This document shows positions 55,393 to 64,000 of a DNA stretch of 64,000 bases, in pieces. Source of the DNA: Rhina ancylostomus (lineage: Eukaryota); contig JARFYF010000065.1 in assembly GCA_030265395.1 (NCBI GenBank), positions 12,215,202 to 12,279,201 of the forward strand, given 5' to 3'. How positions within the stretch are numbered: position 1 is the first letter of the stretch; each line of letters begins with the position of its first letter. The translations under genes and the position numbers were made by a program. The notes beneath the pieces were generated by a model. The model worked only from the letters and a program-made list of their open reading frames with translations. It had not been told where the DNA came from and made no database searches.

Positions 55393-55646
55393 GACTGAAT
55401 TCTGAAAGAGGACATCTGAATCCACCTTTGATGCCAATGGGGTCATTGCCAAACCAACAATATCATGGACAAATGCCAGCTGATGTGCTAGGTATGATGG
55501 ATAATCCATCTCATACTCGGCAAGTCTCCTCTCCTCCGGCTCCCCTGCAAGGAATCCCCACATCCATCCTGGGTTCTGTGCTCAGTGATTTGAAGAAACA
55601 GAGGAACCAGAACGTATCTCAAGAGACTGGCTTGGCTGCATCAGGG
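55393..55646 (+). CDS. RAVER1: RAVER1 exon 9, low-complexity region (GLNSERGHLNPPLMPMG...PTSILGSVLSDLKKQRNQ...AASG)
   Basis: atacag / gtgaga, phase 1-0, open frame. Confidence 0.82.
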
Positions 55647-57377
55647 GTGAGAGATCAACCTTAAACAGATGGTTGTAGCTCTAGTTGTAGAATATTGAAA
55701 TTTATTCCTGAGTCATCAGAGTTAACTGGAGTTAATATTTTTGAAAAGAACACTTGGAATATGATTAATTTAGAGGAGTATTTGCCTTGCAAATATCAAT
55801 TGATCCTGAGATTAATTTAAACCTCTTCCTCCTGTCTTTCAGTTTGTGATCTATACCATAATTGACTGAAATGAAGGTCTGTGCNNNNNNNTAAATGTAT
55901 TGTTAAAGCTACATCTGGGAAACTCTTCTGAATTATGGGCAATGATAGAAAGATTGTTGGACCAGAAATGGTGCAGGGGAAAGTAAATAATGGGAATATT
56001 AGTGTCTGCTTTGCACGTTGTTAGTGGCAAACGGTACGGATCGATCAGCATTCAATCCTTTAAGATTGAAATCACTTGTTCAAAAAAAAAGTTGGGAGAC
56101 GACACTGCAGATGCTGAAGTCTGGAGCAACAAACAGTCTGCCAGAGGAACTCAGCGGATTGCACGGCATCTAGATTGTTTGTGGTTCTTTGAACCAGTTT
56201 TTGGTTATCTGTACTGAAAGCAGGTTTGATGTTAAATTTTGCTTGACAATGTTTGTGTGAAGCAAATGCGCTACACAATTGGTTGTTTTGTGGAAAGTTT
56301 GCAAATTTATCTTGCCTGACAAAACGAAACTTGCATGACTCTGCAATACAATGGGGAATGAAAGAACTCATTTCAGAATGAGGATAAAGCTATATGTTTT
56401 AACATCAACATGTTTAATGTTGTAATCAATCCAATCTTGCAGATGAACTTCATCCTTGAATACTCTGACCAAGACTATAAGAGTGTCAGTTTCTACAATT
56501 TATTTGTAATTTGTGAGCAAAGTCAATGTCAACTCTGTGACTGCAGCAACTTGGGCTGCAGCTCTCTCCAATCAGAAAGCCTTCTCTCCATAATTGTTAA
56601 CATCTTGGGCCTGAGCTGTCAAAGATGAGTGTTTTCTTAGCCTTGTACCATCCATCAATATAAAGGATCATTTTATCAGTGGGTACAGTGGTACTGGTTT
56701 ATTTGGTGAATGGTAGCAGAAGGATCAGTGGTTGGAAAAATTCTTTCAATATAATATATTGCTTATTGATTATAATATTAGATAACTCTCACAGATTTGC
56801 TCAATAAGGAGAGATTAATCAGATTGGGCAGTGCTCTGGAGTTTGAAGGAATAAAAGGTGATCTTGTCAAAACATACACAAAAAAAATTCTTTATGTGCC
56901 AGGGATGATTATTCCACAGGCTGGAGTGCCTAGAACCGGGGGTCACAGTTTCAAATTAAGTGATTTGACTGTTTGGGTCAGAGATGGGGAAACCAATTCT
57001 TCAGCCAGAAGTTAGTGCATTTCTAACATCCTCTACCTAAGAGGATTCTGGGGATTCTGTTGTTCAGAGCATTGAAGAATGATTGGCAGCATCAGAACAT
57101 TCTCGTCTTTAACATTTCCTTGTTTTGATGGTTATTTACCTGAAACATTAACCCTGTTTCTCCCTCCACAGATGGAGATTACCAGCAATTCTGTTTTTTA
57201 TTTTGGATTTTCAGCTTTTGCAGATTTTTATGGTTTTTTTTCATTTAACCTGTCAAGTTTGCCTGGTGCAGTTAGGGTATATGTCGTTGTTCTGTTGCTG
57301 GAGCACTCGATGATTAGAAGCTGTTATCTTGCACAATTCTTGGACGTGGCTTGAATACCACCAAATTTGTGTTGCAG

Positions 57378-57468
57378 CCATCTCTGTTGGGAGAGCCACC
57401 AAAGGATCTGCGGATGCCTCAAAATCCATACCTCAATCTCCGAAGTGTGTTCCCCGCTAACCTGCCTG
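57378..57468 (+). CDS. RAVER1: RAVER1 exon 10 with PRI3 ([30 protein letters not shown])
   Basis: ttgcag / gtaagg, phase 0-1; matches [25 protein letters not shown]. Confidence 0.95.
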
Positions 57469-58314
57469 GTAAGGGACAGGCTGGTAGGTTTGATTTACTT
57501 TGTTCAAAGGGTGAAGGATGGGGAGAGTGTGGTAAACAAGGTCTGCTGTTGCACTTTGTCCTGTAAACTGCTCTGTGATGAATGTGAAACTGAAAGATTG
57601 TTCAAATTCTNNNNNNNNNNNNNNNNNNNNNNNNNNNNNNNNNNNNNNNNNNNNNNNNNNNNNNNNNNNNNNNNNNNNNNNNNNNNNNNNNNNNNNNNNN
57701 NNNNNNNNNNNNNNNNNNTGCTGCTCTTACATAAATGGAAAAATATTAGCTATCCTCCAGTCATCTGATACCTCACCTGTGGCTAGCGAAGATGCAAAAA
57801 TCTGTGGGGGTCCCAGCTATCTCCTCCCTTACTTCCCATAGCAACCTGGGATGGATCTCATCTGGTGATGGGCATTTATCAACTCTGTGTGTTTCATTAC
57901 ATCTAATGCCACCTCCTTAATACTGACTTGCTTCAGATTATTCACACACCCTTCCCTGAACTTGCTATCTTTTTCATTCTTCTCCTTGGTGAATATAGAT
58001 GAGAGGTATTCACTTAAGATTTGGCCCACATTGCCTGGCTCCACATATAGATTGCCCGGCTCCACATATAGATTGCCCCTTTGGTCCCTGGGGGAACTAT
58101 TTTTTCTCTATCGCTTCTGATATATTTATAGAATGACTTGGGATTCTCTTTAAACTTGCCAAGGATATTTCATTGCCTTTTTGCCCTCCTAATTTCTCAA
58201 GTTTTCTCCTACACACCCTATATTCCTCAAGATTCCATTGATTCTTGTTGCCTATCCCTGCCACTTCCTATATTGAAGACCTTTTAGGCCTGAAAATATT
58301 GTCTTCTCCAACAG

Positions 58315-58502
58315 CTAACACCAGCAATTCAATGTCCTATGGACACAGTACTGGTCTTCTGGGAAACTACCCAAGCTCCAGTCCCAGAATTCATCATGGA
58401 TCTGGCATCAGTGATTATCCAGAGGCTGGAAACAAACAGTCGAGTTATGGCAGCTTGGAAAACTATGATAATTACAACCACTCTTACAGGGACTATGGGC
58501 AG
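58315..58502 (+). CDS. RAVER1: RAVER1 exon 11 (ANTSNSMSYGHSTGLLGNYPSSS...YRDYGQ)
   Basis: tctccaacag acceptor (alternative in-frame AG at 58287), gtatgt donor, phase 1-0. Confidence 0.8.
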
Positions 58503-59301
58503 GTATGTTATTGATTTGCAACACAGTTGGGTTTAGTATAATTGGGTTCTTCCTTTTTCAGGTATGGCCATCTATTGTTGAATCCTTGTAAACAGTGTAA
58601 TTTGCAGCGAATAATAAACCTGCACAAAGATTTAGCGTAGTTTTCATCCATACAATTAATCTTAGTTTCCTTCAACAACTGCTCATCTGGGTAATTGCTC
58701 TATTTGCAGCAAATTCTGAAACCAGAAATGTTGTTAAATACAGGCAAGAGTTTACAGTAGACAACAATAGGAGGCTGATTGCATCCAGTCTTTGAAATAC
58801 TGTGGGAGGGGTATGTGAAAACTACTGAAAAGTTGTATTTGCGAATATATTATCAAAAATCTATAATTTTTGCAACTTTTATTATGCACTGAAGTACTTC
58901 ATTGAACAGATAGTGTTAAATAAATGTGCTACATATCTGCTCGGTGGTTCTCTTTGGATTTCAACAAAGCAGTTCTCTTAATGCCTTGTTCAATATTTAC
59001 CTTTCGACTAACAACACTAAACAGTGTTGCGGGTTCATACTGTGCATGTTTGCTGTGGAATACTGGAACCTCTTGGTTTCTTGCCCATGGCAACTTCCTT
59101 ATCTCTATTGGGTATGCAATGATTTTTATTGAAACATGTTGCTGCTGGTGCTAAATAGGAGTAATTTGCCTCGTACCCATTAGAATGGTGACCTTAACTG
59201 TTGCGACTCTAACAGAAGTGTGGCTGAAGTGTAAATACTTTGGAAGCAGCAGGAGAAAACTAAGTATATTTCAAGTGAACTGTCTAACTTTATTGTGGCA
59301 G

Positions 59302-59373
59302 GAAAGAGAACTGGAGCAATACCCACCATCGTGTGATCCTAGGTTTCGAGGGTATGGTCGTGACAGAAATGAG
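59302..59373 (+). CDS. RAVER1: RAVER1 exon 12 (ERELEQYPPSCDPRFRGYGRDRNE)
   Basis: ggcag / gtaaat, 72 nt, phase 0-0, CpG-containing codons. Confidence 0.72.
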
Positions 59374-59821
59374 GTAAATATAATTAAATGCATTCTGGGG
59401 GCTATTCCTTGGATAGCTGAGCTAGGCTGGGCCCTGTACTCATCAATCTAACAACACAGTGGAGCACTGTTGGAGCTCTCTTGATGCGCAGTGTAGCAGA
59501 TTTAAAAACATGGACCAGGAATCCTCTGATTCCATTTTTTTAGATTTGTATAGAGTTAACTTGTCTCCACCAGAATAGTAGTCATGAATCAGATCTTTAT
59601 CTGTGCACTGGGTTAGAGGGGGTAATAGTACCAGCTCCAGCAAGAGTTGTGGAGAGGTGAGGCTTGGCTTTGTGAAGGATAAATACCTGTTAACTGTCCC
59701 TTGAGACTGACTATCGTGACCATCTGAACGGGAGACCAGTAAGTAATGAGAGAAGGAATTCAACAAGAACAACTGCTTCAACGGTGAAAACCTGGTTTAA
59801 CTGAATTTTGTTTCTGATTAG

Positions 59822-59902
59822 GATAGGGGGCTGGAGAGATACTCAAGGTTCCGTGATCCTGCCGTGGGGGGAGTTCGGGGCTATGGACGTGATCGTAACG
59901 AT
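59822..59902 (+). CDS. RAVER1: RAVER1 exon 13, paralogue of exon 12 (DRGLERYSRFRDPAVGGVRGYGRDRND)
   Basis: gattag / gtgagt, 81 nt, phase 0-0; peptide similarity to exon 12. Confidence 0.75.
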
Positions 59903-61354
59903 GTGAGTATTGCAAAGGAAAAGCCCAATTAGAAACAAGTGTTCAAGATGACATACTAGCCTGGGAATATCAGACTATGCTTTGACAGGGTAGGAGAGAG
60001 GCTCAGCATAGTTGCTGTAAATGTTAAGTAGGTGTGAAATTCCTTTTTGAGATGGACTAAAATAGCTGTCTCAGTGAGAAACATACTGGTAGCATTAACG
60101 TGAAGTGAATGAAGGATTTTGACAAGAAGAATTTGATGAGAGAAACTGGATGCACCTATTGCAACTTTTTCCCGTAACTCATGTTTCAAGCAGAGTGTTT
60201 TGGTGCGACAGGGTCTGTAATCACTGCTGCCAAGTGGTATGACACTGAACCATGAAAACTAGGCCTAGGTTGAGATTGGTTCCCATCAATGGAAGAGGTT
60301 GGGTAACAACTGTCTGACTCTGCTACACTGAGTTAAGGTCATTAACATCCTGGTATTTATGATTGACAAATTGGCAAAAATTTTGTAAAGATGCTGTAGC
60401 ATATTGAATAACCTGTCTACTTTTACTGTTCATAATAGCCAGCTTGGACATTATTTGGATTACCCCAACAATTTAGAAGGGAAATACTTTTGGGAATATC
60501 TAACTAATCAAGGCTTCCTTTGTAGGAAAGGGAGCTGGAGCGATATCAACTTCCACTTGATCCTGGACTTGGAGGGTATGAAACTGACCAAAATCAGGTA
60601 AAGATTAGACTAAAGCACCTTTCAAATGGTCAAGAGATTAGTGCTAGAATCCTCATTGGGGATTGTATCTTTTGCATCTTAGCTGGAACTGGAATGGTCA
60701 GAATTATTAATTAATGAAATAAAATGTNNNNNNNNNNNNNNNNNNNNNNNNNNNNNNNNNNNNNNNNNNNNNNNNNNNNNNNNNNNNNNNNNNNNNNNNN
60801 NNNNNNNNNNNNNNNNNNNNNNNNNNNTAAAGCTCTTGTTTTGGCACAGAATGATGGAGTGTCCAAAGTAGTAATCCACCAGATGAGGAAATGCACCATG
60901 TAAAGCTGTGTAAGCCTGACATGGATCAATTCTTGGTCTTTGGGGTATTAGCTCAGTTTGGAGGGGCCGACCTTTGTGGTTCATCAAGTGGTGGTTGTCT
61001 ACTTGCATGGGATGGGATAGTGTAGGAATTGGAGGGCTTTTGCTCCAGGTCCTCCTGGTAGCCCTGTCTGCAAGTCTGTTGAAAATTAGATCATGTTTGT
61101 TACTACACTGGCCATTAGAGGAGAGCCTGCCAGCACAAAGTGTCCAGATTGTATATGAATGTCTTCAAGATTAAGGCATTGAAGAGTGGCCAAAACAGTG
61201 ATGTGCACCTTTACAGAGGTGGGGGAATATAAAGTGATGAATATCTGTTCTTTCTGGGCTGCTCTGGAGTTGTACATAACCTTAAAGTGTTGGTAGAAAT
61301 TGATCTTTGTTTATAATGGAGGATTGTTAATAATCTATTTTTTTGTTTAAAAAG

Positions 61355-61477
61355 CGATCAACTTCATGTGGCTACAATGATTTGGAATCTGCTCCACCTC
61401 CACTGTACTCCAGCTCCCCCACATCCTATTTCACAAGTGGCTTAAGAGCAGGACTCCGACAGGGTTACTCCTCCAAG
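61355..61477 (+). CDS. RAVER1: RAVER1 exon 14 (RSTSCGYNDLESAPPPLYSSSPTSYFTSGLRAGLRQGYSSK)
   Basis: T-tract plus aag acceptor, gtagat donor; matches human YSGSPTSYFTSGLQAGLKQ. Confidence 0.9.
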
Positions 61478-62279
61478 GTAGATCATCAATAATGGTGGAA
61501 TGTATCATTATGTACATTCATTTACAGGCTGTTGTGAAGAAAAATTTTCTATCAATGACACAGTAGTTAAAAAGATGGCCCGCACTGTAAGTTGCTCTGA
61601 TCCTGTGAATAAAGGATTCCCTCCCAACTTGATTGGAGCCTTCCATTGTCCAAATGACCTTGTTAAAACGATGGTCCTATTACTGCATAGAATTCTATCT
61701 CTGTAAAGCCAGAGGAAATAAGTGCACACCCTGTAGTGCAATCTTACTGTTATGTTCACTTGGCCAAGTGTGGAATGCTGCTGGTAGACTGTTCTCTTGC
61801 ACCTCTAGTGCCATGGTTTAGTATGAAAATAAATTGCATCTTGGGTCAAGGGAGAAGTTGTTTTGTGATGCTCTCGTACCTCTCAAAGATATCTGCGTTA
61901 GTGAATTGCTTTGAGAAGCACTAATCAGCAAAAATGATACAAGGTGTCCTCTGTGCTGTTGAACAGGCCTTTCCCACAATAACCTGCTCATTGATGCCAG
62001 GTTTAGTTTTCACGTGTAAATTCCAAGAGTGATGAGTGAACTGCCCTTGACAAAAAAATACTGCCCTTCAGGTGTGGCATCAGGAGGTCAAGTAAAACTT
62101 AAGTCCTGCTTTCATAAAAGAAGGTGGCTCTGATTGTATAAAGTCAATCAACTCAGCCTTCAGATAACATTGCAAGAGTTACTTGGTGCACTACCCTGGG
62201 CCTAATCTTGGAGAAGCTTGGGTGCTAATTATGCTAAATTCAATATCATTTGTAACTCCTGTACAGCAGTCCACGCTGA

Positions 62280-62935
62280 CTTGCAGCAAGACCTCAAGAA
62301 CATTTGGGTCTGGGCTGATGAGTAGCAAATGACATTGACTTCACAAAGGTACCAGGCAGTGAATGTGTCCAGCAAGACAGAGATAAATCACTGACCCATG
62401 ATATTTGATGGCATTCCCATTACAAAGATTCCTTCATTACCAACTCTTTCCACCACCTACAAGCCCCAAGCCCCAGAGTATGATGGAATACTCTCCACTG
62501 GTCTGGATATGCGTAGCTCCAACAAACTCAACACCATCCAGCACAAATCATCCTTGTGATTGTCACTGTTTTCATCACTCCTAAGAATTAATTCTTCTAC
62601 CAGTGACTGCAGTGTGTGCCATCTACAGAATGCACTGCAATTACCTGCTTGGGCTACTCTAATGCTGCATTTCAAGCCTGCAACCTCCTTCGCCAGAAGG
62701 GACAAGAGCTTCACGAGTGTGCACTCTCCTAAGTTGCACGCCACCTTGATATGGAAATAGATATCTAGTCCTTCAGTGGGTGTAAATCCTGGAACTCTCT
62801 ACTCAACAGCCTTTGTAGGCATACCTTCACCAGAAGGACCAACGGTTCAAGGCAGTTGCTCACCATTGCCTTCTGGAGAGCAGTCTTGGCTGGGTAGTAA
62901 ACGCTGGCCTTGTTAATGGAACCCACATCCCAAAA
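62280..62935 (+). mobile_element. Degraded CR1/L2-clade LINE 3' fragment; related minus-strand relics near 17095-17280, 26355-26700 and 33750-34340
   Basis: YKPQ..SMMEYSPL.W-like remnant and a 3' end (gctggccttg...cccacatccc) shared in reverse with the other copies. Confidence 0.6.
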
Positions 62936-63563
62936 AACTTTTCCTGCTTAAGAAACGATTGACTAAGCTGACTTGCACCATTTAACATTGGAAATGATTT
63001 TAAATAAAGCCCTTTTTAATTTTTCCCCTTCAGAACTAAGAGCTATGCTGATCTATAGCCGGCTGTTGAATAGAGAATGTTAAGTTCCATTCGCCACTTG
63101 TTGCTGCCTGTGTTAACTGGAGCAGGTTGCAGCTTGCTAATTGATGCTCTAGTGGCTGCATCTTGAGCAGCTGCTAGGAAACCTAGGGTTCATTTGGCAT
63201 CCTAGAATCATTGGTCTTTGTTGCATGCAAACTGCAGGATGATAACACCAAAATGTACACGAGTGTGAGGTACGTGGGATCCCATAGCACTCCTATGAAT
63301 TTTTGCCCCTTTAAGACCAACAAATCTATTATCTCAAAATGCCAGAGATTCCCAATCAGTCTGCTTCTCTTCATTTGTCATATTCTGGCTGACTAATAAA
63401 TCAGCAAGAGCAGAAAATGTGTGCTTTGGGTTGAGGGAAGAGGCTTTCACAGACTTCTTATGGCCAGTGTTATGTTTTTACTGTTGTTTGATTATTGTCG
63501 TGGTATGAACTGAATCTGCTGTTAAGTCAGTAAGAGATGTAACTTTTCTTTCGCCTGTTGCAG

Positions 63564-63641
63564 TTAAATCCACTGCTGAACTCTGGGGCAGGACTCCTGG
63601 GTGCTCGGCCCTCCAGCTCCCCACCAGGCTCCCTGCTGAAG
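63564..63641 (+). CDS. RAVER1: RAVER1 exon 15 with PRI motif (LNPLLNSGAGLLGARPSSSPPGSLLK); terminal exon lies beyond the window
   Basis: ttgcag / gtaact, phase 0-0; matches human GEGLLGLSPGPNGHSHLLK. Confidence 0.88.
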
Positions 63642-64000
63642 GTAACTGTCTCACTTCTTGATTCACTTGTCTGCTCGCATTGTAAGTTGGAATTGTGCCT
63701 ATGCAAACTGCATTGTAGCCACAGTAAGTATTTCCCCAATGTTGTAGCTTTGACTGGCAAAGGATTGTGCCTTGTGTCATAATTTCTCAGTAACTTAATT
63801 GTCTGTTAAAAGTCCAGAAAGTTACTTTCTTGGAAATCAGCTATGTTGAAACAGGATTTAAATCAAGACATTCCATTGATATTAGTTAAATACTGCTTTA
63901 GCTGGAGATATTCACACATTTGGTTATGATCTCTGAGTGGGAAAGAGAAGAATCCATTAGTGCTAATCACTTAAACTGGATGACTGTCTCATTTCTCTGA

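Noticed and set aside
58036-58078. 22-bp tandem duplication (ggctccacatatagattgcc core)
   Set aside because: Simple slippage within a CR1 relic.

Overview
Vertebrate genomic DNA from a gapped, scaffolded assembly. The repeat content (CR1 3' ends, Penelope GIY-YIG relics, DeuSINE-like SINEs, Rex1/Babar, L1) points to a cartilaginous fish. Two spliced genes lie head-to-tail on the + strand. The first is the 3' half of TYK2: 12 exons, 3522-23116, covering most of the JH2 pseudokinase and the whole JH1 kinase, with all splice phases consistent. The second is RAVER1: CpG-island promoter, ATG at 29915, 15 exons visible to 63641, last exon outside the window. Introns are dense in degraded retroelements. 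Leads worth checking: a decayed, intronless, unidentified coding-like frame between the genes (about 24530-26066, where human has ICAM3); a tandemly duplicated RGYGRDRN exon pair, extra PTB-interacting motifs, a RAVER2-like exon and a candidate intronic terminal exon in RAVER1; an AVD in place of the TYK2 kinase APE motif; and Penelope-derived palindromic elements with hammerhead-ribozyme-like cores. I cannot claim a proven new biological system. Gene identities and family comparisons rest on recalled sequences, not on database searches.
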